A stretch of 64,000 nt of DNA from contig JAGUXX010000201.1 in NCBI GenBank assembly GCA_020061585.1, positions 4,575-68,574 of the forward strand. The letters are read 5' to 3'. This DNA is from Betaproteobacteria bacterium (lineage in GTDB: Bacteria > Pseudomonadota > Gammaproteobacteria > Burkholderiales > Thiobacillaceae). Positions 17,778-27,220 of this stretch are shown piece after piece. A program made the position numbers and the translations under genes. The stretch's first letter is position 1, and each line of letters opens with the position of its first letter. The notes beneath the pieces were generated by a model. It ran no database searches. It had not been told where the DNA came from and saw nothing but the letters and a program-made list of their open reading frames with translations.

Positions 17778-20389
17778 CCCCTGATTTCGCCCGCGTGGCG
17801 GTCTGGCGCGATGACTTGGCGCGGGCGCGCGGCCAGATGTTTCAAGCCTATCTTGCGCAGCCAGCCGCGCATACCCTGCTGACCGGTCTGAGCCGCTTGT
17901 GCGACCAGACCCTGAAGCAGATCTGGACCGCCCATGATCTGCCCGAAACCGCCACGCTGGTCGCGGTCGGCGGCTATGGGCGCGGCGAGCTATACCCGCA
18001 GTCCGATGTCGATGTGCTGATTCTGTTCGACAATGATCTTTCGCAGGCCGATCGCGCCCGCTTCGAACCGCTGATCGCCCTGCTCTGGGATGTCGGCCTG
18101 CCGATCGGGCACAGCATGCGCAGCCTGTCCGAATGTCTCGCGGAAGCGGCACAGGATGTCACCATCCAGACCAATCTGCTCGAATCGCGCTGGCTGGCCG
18201 GCGATCGCCAGTTGTTGCGGCGCATGCAAACGCAACTCGACCAGCAAATCGACCCGGCGGCGTTCTTCCAGGCCAAGTTTCTCGAACAAAAGGTCCGGCA
18301 CGGCCGGCATACCGATGTCGCGTTGTTGCTGGAACCCAACCTGAAAGACAGCCCGGGCGGCCTGCGCGATATCCAGACCTTGATCTGGGTGGCACGCGCC
18401 GCCCACCTCGCCGAAAACCTGGCTGGGCTGGCGCGTCAAGGACTGCTGGGCGCCGCGGACGCGCGCAAAGCCAGCGCCGAATTGCGCTTCCTGGCCAACC
18501 TGCGGATCCGCGTGCACCTGATCGCCAATCGCCGCGAGGACCGTCTGCTGTTCGAGTTCCAGGAACGCGTCGCGCAAGGCATGGGCATCGCCCGCGTCAT
18601 CGACACCGGTCCGCACCAGCGACGCGCTTCGGAGCGCCTGATGCAGCGCTACTTCCAGGCCGTCCGCCATATCCGGCTGGTCAATGAACTGGTGCTGGGC
18701 GAATTGCGTTTCCGCTTGCTGCCGCCGGTCGCCGAGCGACCGCTGACGACCAGCACCACCTATGCCAAGGACTTTCAATTGGTCGGCAATTTGCTAGATG
18801 CCAGCGAAAATCTGTTCGAAGCCAAACCGCAACTGCTGCTGGAAACCTTTCTGATCCTGGCCCAAGAGCCTGGCGTCAGCGGCTGCACGCCGCGCCTGCT
18901 ACGCGCCCTGGCGCGCGCCGGACGCGACATCGACTCGGCATTCCGGCGCAATGTGGAAAACCAGCGCCGCTTCATCAGCCTGCTGCGTCAACCGAAAGGT
19001 GTTACCCGCGCCATGCGGCTGATGCATCGACTGGGCATCCTCGGCCGCTACCTGCCGTTGTTCGGCCGCATCACCGGCCAGATGCAGCACGACCAGTTCC
19101 ATATCTATCCGGTCGACGAACATGTGTTGATGGTATTGCGCAATCTGCGCCGCCTGGCGGTCTCGGAGTACGCCCACGAATTCCCGCTGGCGCACCGCCT
19201 GATCAACGAGTTCGAACGTCAGGAAGTGCTGTTGCTGGCCGCCTTGTTCCATGACATCGCCAAGGGCCGCGGCGGCGACCACTCCAGCCTGGGCGCCCTC
19301 GATGCGCGCCGCTTCTGTCGGACGCATGGCCTCAGCCAGACCGACAGCGAATTGATCGTCTGGCTGGTGGCGCAACATCTGACGCTGTCGCAGACCGCGC
19401 AAAAGCAGGATCTTTCCGATCCAGAAGTGATTGCCGCGTTCGCCGCGCGCTGCGGCGACGTGCGCCACCTGACCGCCTTGTATCTGCTGACCATGGCCGA
19501 CATTCGCGGCACCAGTCCGAAAGTCTGGAATGCCTGGAAGGACAAACTCACTCGCGAGTTGTATCTGGCCGCCCGGCAGGTGCTGGAAGGCAACGCGCCG
19601 CGCACCGACGACATCGAGGAAAAGAAGGAACAGGCACGCGCGCAACTGCGCCTGTACGGCTTTGCGCCGGGCAGCGAGACAGCGCTGTGGAATCTGCTCG
19701 ACGACATCTACTTCCTGCGTCAGGACGCGCGCGACATCGGTTGGCAGACTCGCCGCCTGCTACCGCTGCTCAATGCCGGTCTGGCCGATCAGCAGGCCAT
19801 CGTGCGGGCGCGCCTGGCGCCGGTCGGCGAAGGCGTCGAGGTCATGGTGTTCGCGCCGGATAGACAGGCGCTGTTCGCCCGCATCTGCGCGTTTTTCGCG
19901 CGTCTAGGCTACAGCATCCTGGCGGCGCGTATCCACACCACGCGTGACGGTCGGGCGCTGGACACCTTCTACGCGGTCGATCCTGAACATCCGCAAGTGC
20001 CTTACCGCGATTTTCTCAATTACATCGAACATGAACTGGCGGCGGAGCTGATGCGCCAGGAAGCTTTGAGCGCCACCTCCGGCGGACGGCTGCCACGCCG
20101 ACTGAAAGCCTTCCCGCTGGAGCCCGAGGTCAGTCTGGCACCCAGCGACAACCGCCGCGAGGGCGCCCTGCCCGACTATGTTCTGACCCTGACCGCCGGC
20201 GATCGCCCGGGTCTGCTGGCGCAGGTCGCTCTGATCCTGCATCGCCACGGCGCCAGCGTGATTACCGCCCGGATCAACACCCTGGGCAGTCGCGCGGAGG
20301 ATGTGTTCGTGCTCGAAGGCGAAGCCCTGGAACGATCCTCGGTCCGGCTCGAACTGGAACAGGCGCTGTCCGACGTGCTCAGGGTGTAG
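17774..20389 (+). CDS. glnD: [Protein-PII] uridylyltransferase / uridylyl-removing enzyme
   Basis: It carries a nucleotidyltransferase domain (GGYGRGELYPQSDVDVLIL), an HD domain (LFHDIAKG) and two C-terminal ACT domains. The start is taken at ATG 17774, which overlaps the map stop (ATGA). The track ORF's 40-aa Arg-rich extension lies inside map. Confidence 0.93.
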   Translation: MTPDFARVAVWRDDLARARGQMFQAYLAQPAAHTLLTGLSRLCDQTLKQIWTAHDLPETATLVAVGGYGRGELYPQSDVDVLILFDNDLSQADRARFEPLIALLWDVGLPIGHSMRSLSECLAEAAQDVTIQTNLLESRWLAGDRQLLRRMQTQLDQQIDPAAFFQAKFLEQKVRHGRHTDVALLLEPNLKDSPGGLRDIQTLIWVARAAHLAENLAGLARQGLLGAADARKASAELRFLANLRIRVHLIANRREDRLLFEFQERVAQGMGIARVIDTGPHQRRASERLMQRYFQAVRHIRLVNELVLGELRFRLLPPVAERPLTTSTTYAKDFQLVGNLLDASENLFEAKPQLLLETFLILAQEPGVSGCTPRLLRALARAGRDIDSAFRRNVENQRRFISLLRQPKGVTRAMRLMHRLGILGRYLPLFGRITGQMQHDQFHIYPVDEHVLMVLRNLRRLAVSEYAHEFPLAHRLINEFERQEVLLLAALFHDIAKGRGGDHSSLGALDARRFCRTHGLSQTDSELIVWLVAQHLTLSQTAQKQDLSDPEVIAAFAARCGDVRHLTALYLLTMADIRGTSPKVWNAWKDKLTRELYLAARQVLEGNAPRTDDIEEKKEQARAQLRLYGFAPGSETALWNLLDDIYFLRQDARDIGWQTRRLLPLLNAGLADQQAIVRARLAPVGEGVEVMVFAPDRQALFARICAFFARLGYSILAARIHTTRDGRALDTFYAVDPEHPQVPYRDFLNYIEHELAAELMRQEALSATSGGRLPRRLKAFPLEPEVSLAPSDNRREGALPDYVLTLTAGDRPGLLAQVALILHRHGASVITARINTLGSRAEDVFVLEGEALERSSVRLELEQALSDVLRV

Positions 20390-20423
20390 ATCGGGCCGTG
20401 CCGCTGAACAGCGGAATCAAGGT

Positions 20424-23400
20424 TCAAGGCAGCCATGCTCGCGCCCAGACATCCAGATGGTCTTCCAGCATCCAGTTGCGCTCGACATGGTCGCGCAATG
20501 CATCGCCTTGCTTGGCCAGCGCATCCAAATCAGCCACGTGGGAGCGGACGGCATCAATCCAGTCCTTGTAGCGGTTCTTCACCCGAGTTACCGGAAAATC
20601 GCCGCGATACGGGGTTATGTCGGAACAAATCACCGGCCAACCAAGAATGCCGTATTCCAGGAGCCGCAAATGGCTCTTGGCATGGTTGAACGGTACATCT
20701 TCGAGCGGCGCCAGAGCCAGATCGAGATTCAAACTGGCGAGACGAGCCGGGTACGCCTCAACAGTGACCGAAGCCATGAATTCGACGTGTTGACGCACCC
20801 CTTGCGGGCAAAGTCCCATGAACACCCATTCAATTTCATCCCTGGTCGCCAGCACCACATCGCGGATCAGGGCCAGATCACCATCATGCGAGACACTGCC
20901 GGCCCAGCCAACGCGCGGTTTTCGCCCTTGACCGCGCTTCGAGGTGATATCGCCCCAGACGGCCCGCTCCAGATAGTTCGGGACGACCCGGATATCCGGG
21001 TTGAAGCCGCGATACTGCTCGGCGAGGTAATCGGTGGCGACGACAAACCGGTCGCACAGGCCGAGCGCCTTGCGTAAACGCTTGTTGAGACCTTTGACAT
21101 CGACGTTCTTGCGCAATTGATTGTTCAGTTGCACATTGGTGATCAGATCATCGAGCTCATAGACGCGCAGAGCCTGGGTATGGCGGGAATATTCCTCCAT
21201 CACCTCGATCTGCGACCAACTGATCTGTCGTTGCATGATCAAGGTATCCGGCGACAGGCGCTCAAGCTCCGGAATACTCAGATGCACCAGGGTGTCCCAG
21301 CCCTGGACCAGTCCGGCGCTTGTCAACGCGCGCAGCGGAGCGATGATGCGGTATTCGCCGCAGCCGTTGCGGTCTCCCGGGTGCGCCAGGACTCGCGGCA
21401 AGGGACGTACCTCCGGGTCCTGAAGCAGCCAAGGGGCGATCTCGATATCGAATGGATCGCCCGACAATGTCAGATTGCGGTTATAGGCCGGATCAAAGGC
21501 GATGCGCCTGCCCCAGCGTGAGAACATGACGCGCTCGGCCGGGGTCGATTTGTGCAATGCGTTGCTGTTGACGGCCAAAGCCTTGCCCTGGTCGTCGGGC
21601 TCGGCCGGCGGTGGCGTCATATGTTCCTGCAGCAAAACCGCATAGGGCGTCCATACGACACGTCTTTCCGCCCGCCATGCCTTGAGGCAGTAGTCGACAT
21701 CGCTGTAGCCGCCGGCGAGGTCGGTTTCATCGAAACCGCCTAGCTCATCGAACAGTTCTTTCTCCGTCAGCATGCAAGTTGCCGACACAGCGGATGGATT
21801 GTTCGGCGCCTGGAGTTGACCAAAGTAGCCCAGAGCATCATGCGGCGCATGCAAATCATGCAGCCCGGCTGGGCTGCCGCCCAACCCCAGGATGTAGCCG
21901 GCGAAGGAAATCTTGCCGTCAAGGCCGACGGTCTTGGCCCCGACCACGCCAACATCGGCCTGTACAACGTAGCCCAGCATCTCGTCTAGCCAGTCTCGAC
22001 GAAACGGGGCGATGGCGTCGGACAGGAACAGCAGATATTGTCCGCGCGCCGCTCTGGCGCCGGCGTTGATCAAGGCCGGCAGATTCGCGCCTCGCGGCTG
22101 AGTGATCACTTGTATGGCATCGTTATTCATGCCTCGCAGGCTGCCGAGGAAGGACCGGGTATCCGCATCGTCGCTGTCCTGATCCACAACGATAATCTGC
22201 CATTTCTTGTGATCGGTATTTTCGACGATGGCGCCGACGCAGCGTTGCAAGTAGGAACCGCCGTTCAGGGTGGGGATGATTATCGAGACGGTTTCTTCAC
22301 CGCTTACCCGATAACGGACGTGGAAGGTGCCGACGGGGAAATCGTTTGCCTCGATGTCGACCGCCAGCTTCAGGCGGTCGCAGTGAGCGGCCAACGCAGT
22401 TTTCCGGAGATCGATGATTTCCTCGTCGGACAACTGGTTTTGACCACTATCCGCCGTCCGGTGATAGAGCACGTCGGCTATATGGCCGAACCCCCGAGCG
22501 CCGACGGCTTCGAAAGCACGCAAGGTCAGGTCGTACAGCTCGATGCCCTCGAAAGCTTGGTTCATCCCGGCCAGACGCTCCAGCAAGTCACGCCGAAACA
22601 GGAGACCGGCGCCCAGTGCGTATGGCGCCGAACGAAGCATTTCGATCGAGAAATCCAGCTTGAAATAGGGATGCTCGGTTTCGCCTGTCCCGCTCAGATT
22701 ATCCTCATCCGGGTAGACCACTTCCCATTCAGGATGCCTGCCGATACTTTCCGCCAAGGTGCGCAGGGCGTGGGGCGCCAGGCAATCGCCAGCGGCCATG
22801 ATCGCGAACCAGTCGAAATTTCCGTCCCGAATGACACGATTGAGGGAGTCGCAGAAACCCTTGCTGGTCAAGGTCAGCCAGCGCAACTCTTCGGTATCGA
22901 TGAATCCAGGCGGCGCCGGAGTGCGCGACAGTATGCTGACCGTCCAGCGAGAGTATGTCTGCCCAGCGATCGATTCCAGCGTCCGCGCCAAGGTATCGAC
23001 TTGGTCATCCGGCAAGGAAATGACCAGGTGGAATTTCGGATGGGGTTGCCGCCATTCCGGATTTTCATCAAGCGGAGCGGACGCATCCCGCTCGGAAGCA
23101 CGGGAGGACTTCCACAGTTGGTAGCGGACATCGGCTGGCGACGTTACCGACTGCGTCGACTTCAGTTTGCTGGCCATGACCTCTCGGACGTGGCTGGGCA
23201 AGCGCGCAGCGGTTACTTCCAGGAAGCCCTTGACAAAATCGAAGCCATGTTGATCTCCACGAGCCCAAACTTCGCGACATCTGGCCTGGGTATGATCAAT
23301 CAATGCCTCGATGTGCTGCCAGGAATATTGCTGCTGCTGATCGATTCTCGCCACGGCGTCGCCCAGACTGGAGCGCGCCTTGATCAACGCGTCCGGCTCG

Positions 23401-24155
23401 TGCGCCAACGCGATCCCCCCCTCGGCCAGATGCGGATCATCCGCCTTGGGATACCAATAATCGGTAGCAACCAGCAAGACCGGGCAACCGCAGGCAAGCG
23501 CCTCGGTGATGATGGCCGATGGCTCGTAACAATACAGCGCCTCGGCGCCGCGCAGGATGGACGCGATTTCTTCCGGCGGCCTGGGAATGTCTTGGCAAAG
23601 GCTGGTCTGCGACGCATGCTCCGGCCGCACCTTGCCACCAAAAGCAAGGTATTTGTGGGCATAGAAGCATCCACCATGACGCTTGCCATCATCGGGGTTG
23701 TCGAGGTTATTGAATATTCGAGTATCGACGCTCGGGATATTCAACGCACTGCCCTGCATGCCTTCCGGCAGGCACCAGATGTTGTAATAGTAGATCAGGT
23801 CATCTTTTGGGAACGTCGTATCGCCGCCAAGATGACCGGGACGGTTGAGCAACCAGCGCGCGGTCACCGGGGTCGCAAGCGGGCTTCCGGAAATCACCTC
23901 CGGATACAGAGCAATCGGGAGGCGTCCAGTCTGATAATGATTGCTGACGATTTCCTGCGTCAGACGCGGCGTTCGAAGGTATCCAGAGACAACTTTGGCG
24001 TTGACCAAATAGGCTTCCATGCCGAGTTCGTTCAGCGCGTGGCACAGGTAATGCAGGCATCGAATCCCGGCGGAGGTATGCCGGTAATCCGCCGAATAAA
24101 TATAATAGGGCGATCGGGTCGCCCGAAACAGACTGAGTTTATGTCCTGGATTCAA
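20424..24155 (-). CDS. Multi-domain glycosyltransferase (1243 aa): N-terminal GT-like domain, two GT2 domains, C-terminal GT-B (GT1/GT4-like) domain
   Basis: First GT2 signature: FHLVISLPDDQ...SIAGQTYSRWTV...AAGDCL. Second GT2 signature: VSIIIPTLNGGSYLQRCVGAIVENT...VVDQDSDD...LFLSDAI. The C-terminus has the GT-B motif KSHLRLLEYGILGWPVICSD. The start codon is TTG (the only candidate). Confidence 0.8.
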   Translation of the reverse strand: MNPGHKLSLFRATRSPYYIYSADYRHTSAGIRCLHYLCHALNELGMEAYLVNAKVVSGYLRTPRLTQEIVSNHYQTGRLPIALYPEVISGSPLATPVTARWLLNRPGHLGGDTTFPKDDLIYYYNIWCLPEGMQGSALNIPSVDTRIFNNLDNPDDGKRHGGCFYAHKYLAFGGKVRPEHASQTSLCQDIPRPPEEIASILRGAEALYCYEPSAIITEALACGCPVLLVATDYWYPKADDPHLAEGGIALAHEPDALIKARSSLGDAVARIDQQQQYSWQHIEALIDHTQARCREVWARGDQHGFDFVKGFLEVTAARLPSHVREVMASKLKSTQSVTSPADVRYQLWKSSRASERDASAPLDENPEWRQPHPKFHLVISLPDDQVDTLARTLESIAGQTYSRWTVSILSRTPAPPGFIDTEELRWLTLTSKGFCDSLNRVIRDGNFDWFAIMAAGDCLAPHALRTLAESIGRHPEWEVVYPDEDNLSGTGETEHPYFKLDFSIEMLRSAPYALGAGLLFRRDLLERLAGMNQAFEGIELYDLTLRAFEAVGARGFGHIADVLYHRTADSGQNQLSDEEIIDLRKTALAAHCDRLKLAVDIEANDFPVGTFHVRYRVSGEETVSIIIPTLNGGSYLQRCVGAIVENTDHKKWQIIVVDQDSDDADTRSFLGSLRGMNNDAIQVITQPRGANLPALINAGARAARGQYLLFLSDAIAPFRRDWLDEMLGYVVQADVGVVGAKTVGLDGKISFAGYILGLGGSPAGLHDLHAPHDALGYFGQLQAPNNPSAVSATCMLTEKELFDELGGFDETDLAGGYSDVDYCLKAWRAERRVVWTPYAVLLQEHMTPPPAEPDDQGKALAVNSNALHKSTPAERVMFSRWGRRIAFDPAYNRNLTLSGDPFDIEIAPWLLQDPEVRPLPRVLAHPGDRNGCGEYRIIAPLRALTSAGLVQGWDTLVHLSIPELERLSPDTLIMQRQISWSQIEVMEEYSRHTQALRVYELDDLITNVQLNNQLRKNVDVKGLNKRLRKALGLCDRFVVATDYLAEQYRGFNPDIRVVPNYLERAVWGDITSKRGQGRKPRVGWAGSVSHDGDLALIRDVVLATRDEIEWVFMGLCPQGVRQHVEFMASVTVEAYPARLASLNLDLALAPLEDVPFNHAKSHLRLLEYGILGWPVICSDITPYRGDFPVTRVKNRYKDWIDAVRSHVADLDALAKQGDALRDHVERNWMLEDHLDVWARAWLP

Positions 24156-24209
24156 ACTTGGTTCAACCCGAAATCAATGGGAGATTTTCGCCTCAAGGAG
24201 ATTCGCGCC

Positions 24210-25670
24210 TCAACCGACATACACCAAAACTTGCGTTTTGGCATCGGCATATTTTGCGATCTCGTTCACAATATCGTTCTTGTGAAATACCGACGTCACC
24301 AAAATAACATCCGGAGCAAGTTCGGAAATCATCTTGTAGGAATAAACCTGATGGCCGGATACCGATTTTCCTTGAACCGAGCCACTGCGATCGAGAAAAC
24401 CGATCATGGTGCCCCTGCCGACATCCGGATCGGAGAGGATCTCGACAGAAAGCGGTGTCGCCGGGGCGATCATGACACGCTTGCCGGCCAGTGACCAGGC
24501 GCTATCGCCCTCCATGGTCCCCGCTTTGACTCTCAGCGGCCCGGTCGCAAATAACGTGTGCTCGCTCGCCGCTGGCTCGTCACCGTTGCGGAAATCTTGC
24601 AGGTGCAAGAGCGGATCGCCGACTTTGTACTCCGGTTCCAGCAACTTGATTCTGTCCAGAACCTGTTGCATCAGATTGCGGCCATTCTGAATCACGACCG
24701 AAAGGAAAGATTCCGTGAAATGAACAGCAGTCAGGCCATGTCTTTTCAACAAAAGATAGGTCTTGGCATACGCATCGATATGTTCGGAATAATCGTAAAC
24801 ACCGCGCTCAAACTGATGTTTATACTTGTCGGCCAGCGGAAAAAAATCGAATCCTAGATAAATTTTCTGCGGACGGATTGCCAGCATCGAATAGACAAAA
24901 CCAGCCACATCGTCCTCGCCGCAGTTGCCGTCGGAAAATATGTATTTCACCGCAAGCATGCCGCGACCCTGGCTGCCCGCCACTGAATAACGGGCCAAAT
25001 TTTCGATCACTTTCAAAAACTTGTCGCTTTTCTTGATTTTCCGGTATGTGGAGGGCGTACCGGCATCAAGCGAAACAATCAGCCATGAAATGGTGCCGTC
25101 AGCCAAGGCATCGAAGATCGATTGCCGGTACCTGAGGCCATTCGAATAGAGGCGCACACGGATGGCGCGCGACTTGAAATAATCAAGATATCGATCCAGA
25201 TCCTTGAGCAGGCTCGGCTCGCCACCGTTGAAATCGACGCAGGAATCCCAATCCACCACCTCCGGGGCAAAACGCTCAAGAATCGACAAGGCATCATATC
25301 GTGCATTCTTGAAATTATCCGCCTGAGTAAATCCACAGAAGCTGCAGCGCAAATTGCATGTACTGAAGTGAGCCAGGTCGATGAAGCCAAGGTTTTCAAA
25401 ACCAACATCCTTGAATTTTTTGTGTTCGACTTTCAGGCACTTCTTGCAACTGATATCGCTATGGTCATCGTTGAGTTTCTGGAACAGTTCCTTGCGTTTG
25501 TCGACGATCATTTCCCGGGTAATTTCCAGGCCTTCGGCCTCATCCACGGTCCAATAGAACGGTGAAACCATCACACTGAAACAACATGCACGGATGCCAT
25601 CCGGCCCCAGCCTCAGGCCGCTTTCGATTCGAGAGCATGTCTTCACGACATCGTCGGCAGCGAATTTCAT
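24210..25670 (-). CDS. Radical SAM enzyme with a C-terminal Rossmann-like (putative NDP-sugar-binding) module
   Basis: CX3CX2C motif (STCNLRCSFCGF) and GGEPSL. The C-terminal segment GKRVMIAPA...IGFLDRSGSVQGKSVSGHQVYS...PDVILVTSVFHKNDIVNEI resembles the C-terminal domain of NDP-hexose C-methyltransferases. The gene is visibly richer in AT than its neighbours. Confidence 0.8.
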   Translation of the reverse strand: MKFAADDVVKTCSRIESGLRLGPDGIRACCFSVMVSPFYWTVDEAEGLEITREMIVDKRKELFQKLNDDHSDISCKKCLKVEHKKFKDVGFENLGFIDLAHFSTCNLRCSFCGFTQADNFKNARYDALSILERFAPEVVDWDSCVDFNGGEPSLLKDLDRYLDYFKSRAIRVRLYSNGLRYRQSIFDALADGTISWLIVSLDAGTPSTYRKIKKSDKFLKVIENLARYSVAGSQGRGMLAVKYIFSDGNCGEDDVAGFVYSMLAIRPQKIYLGFDFFPLADKYKHQFERGVYDYSEHIDAYAKTYLLLKRHGLTAVHFTESFLSVVIQNGRNLMQQVLDRIKLLEPEYKVGDPLLHLQDFRNGDEPAASEHTLFATGPLRVKAGTMEGDSAWSLAGKRVMIAPATPLSVEILSDPDVGRGTMIGFLDRSGSVQGKSVSGHQVYSYKMISELAPDVILVTSVFHKNDIVNEIAKYADAKTQVLVYVG

Positions 25671-25704
25671 GGCGCCATCATCTCCTCAATGGACAATATT
25701 TCTA

Positions 25705-27183
25705 TTAATGAATCGCGCATGTATCGTTGCTTTCGGTAACTGTCGAACCAGGCTGACAATCTTCGACGAACATGTCCGACGACCCATGCAGGTCAGCCAA
25801 CTCCTTCCACGAGATCATCGGCATGGCGGTCGAGTCGAGACGTAACGAAATCATTTTCTTGATACCGTCTTCATGATCCCGCTCGCTGCTCAGGATAATC
25901 GCATCGATCGATTTCTCAAGCGCTCCAAGTTGTGCGTGGGGCAAGACCGGCACGCCGAAAACACAGGCGCCGATCCGAGCCGGGCTGGAATCGACACACG
26001 CCACGACTTCGACACCGGACCGCAAGGCATCCAGCACCAGCAGATAGGCCGTAAACATGCTGCCGACGATCACCACCCGTTCAAGGCCTTCATTGCGCGA
26101 GAAAAGCGTCCGTCCCTGGTGGATGGCGCGCAGCCAGGCCCGGTAAGCACGTCGCGCCCCACCCCTGGCCTCGACCAGATCCAGCCCGACCAAAGTCTCC
26201 GCGGAAAGCGTTGTGTCCAATCCCAACCCTGCCAGCAATATCTCGAAAGGCAGCGCCGCATCGACCGCTCTGGATTCCACCTGAACAGACCTGACCCAGC
26301 TCGATCTGAGGCTGCTTACTGCGTCCAGCAATATCTTGTCGGAAGGCTGCCGGGGATTTTTGAACAGGAAATCCTGGGCTTTGAAGCGTGCCGAGAAACC
26401 ATGGATCGATGCGGCGTATCGCTGCAGATTGGCATCGCGGCGACTCTTCTTGAGCAAATGTTGCGCGACCTCGACCAATTCGACCAAAGGAGCGCTCTGG
26501 TCGACATTCCTGGACTCCTGTCCGACATGTTGCCGATATTTGAGCAAGGGATCACCCAGCATGGCGACGGGGTGTCGCATATTGAGCAGGAACAGCACGC
26601 CGATGTCGCCACTCGAAACATATCTCGGTTGCGCTGCCCTGACGATCGGGCCGCTGCGCTTTACCAGCGCATCACGCCTGAACATGCAGGTCGGGGTCGG
26701 GAACCACAGCTTTTCGTCCAGATAGGTCGGGATATAGTCGCCTGCGCTAAAAACCCGATCTTCTTCAAAGTCATATAGTTTCGGCTGTATGGTCTGCCCG
26801 ATATCGTCTATCAGACCAACATTGGTTGCGACGCAAGCCAGTTCGGGATGCGCGGCAAAAAAATGCATCTGGCGCTCGACCATCGTCGGCTCCAGAACAT
26901 CGTCATCGTGCGTTGCCAGAAAATACTCTCCCCGGCTCATCCACAGCCCACGATTGAAATTGAAGCTCGCATTGCATCCCGGGGGCTGCCTGACGTAAGT
27001 CAATCTCGAATCCTTATAGCCAAGGACCAGATCCGCCGTCTGGTCCTGGCTATGGTTATCAAGAACCAATAGCTCGAAATCGGAATAGGTTTGCGACAGG
27101 ATGGAATCCAGAGTTTCGCGCAGATAGCCGCTATTTCCTCTGTTATAAGTCAGCAAGGCGATTGTGAGCTTGACGTGTGCCAT
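25705..27183 (-). CDS. GT2-family glycosyltransferase fused to a C-terminal Rossmann-like module (paralog B)
   Basis: The start is taken at MAHVKLTIALLTYNRGNSGYLRETLDSILSQTYSDFELLVLDNHS (GT2), with THDDD. C-terminal module: [45 protein letters not shown]...[13 protein letters not shown]. Confidence 0.8.
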   Translation of the reverse strand: MAHVKLTIALLTYNRGNSGYLRETLDSILSQTYSDFELLVLDNHSQDQTADLVLGYKDSRLTYVRQPPGCNASFNFNRGLWMSRGEYFLATHDDDVLEPTMVERQMHFFAAHPELACVATNVGLIDDIGQTIQPKLYDFEEDRVFSAGDYIPTYLDEKLWFPTPTCMFRRDALVKRSGPIVRAAQPRYVSSGDIGVLFLLNMRHPVAMLGDPLLKYRQHVGQESRNVDQSAPLVELVEVAQHLLKKSRRDANLQRYAASIHGFSARFKAQDFLFKNPRQPSDKILLDAVSSLRSSWVRSVQVESRAVDAALPFEILLAGLGLDTTLSAETLVGLDLVEARGGARRAYRAWLRAIHQGRTLFSRNEGLERVVIVGSMFTAYLLVLDALRSGVEVVACVDSSPARIGACVFGVPVLPHAQLGALEKSIDAIILSSERDHEDGIKKMISLRLDSTAMPMISWKELADLHGSSDMFVEDCQPGSTVTESNDTCAIH

Positions 27184-27220
27184 GTGTATCGTGACCCGAA
27201 GTTTGACGCCTGCCACACCT

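Noticed and set aside
20401-20414. A small inverted repeat (CCGCTGAACAGCGG) between the convergent glnD and glycosyltransferase genes, considered as a bidirectional terminator
   Set aside because: It offers only 5-6 bp with a minimal loop and no flanking U-runs, which is too weak to call.
22038-24494. An 818-aa plus-strand ORF opposite the giant glycosyltransferase and the start of the radical SAM gene
   Set aside because: It has no recognisable motifs and is Arg/Gly/Gln-rich. It spans the intergenic gap of two well-supported minus-strand genes. It is a high-GC shadow ORF.
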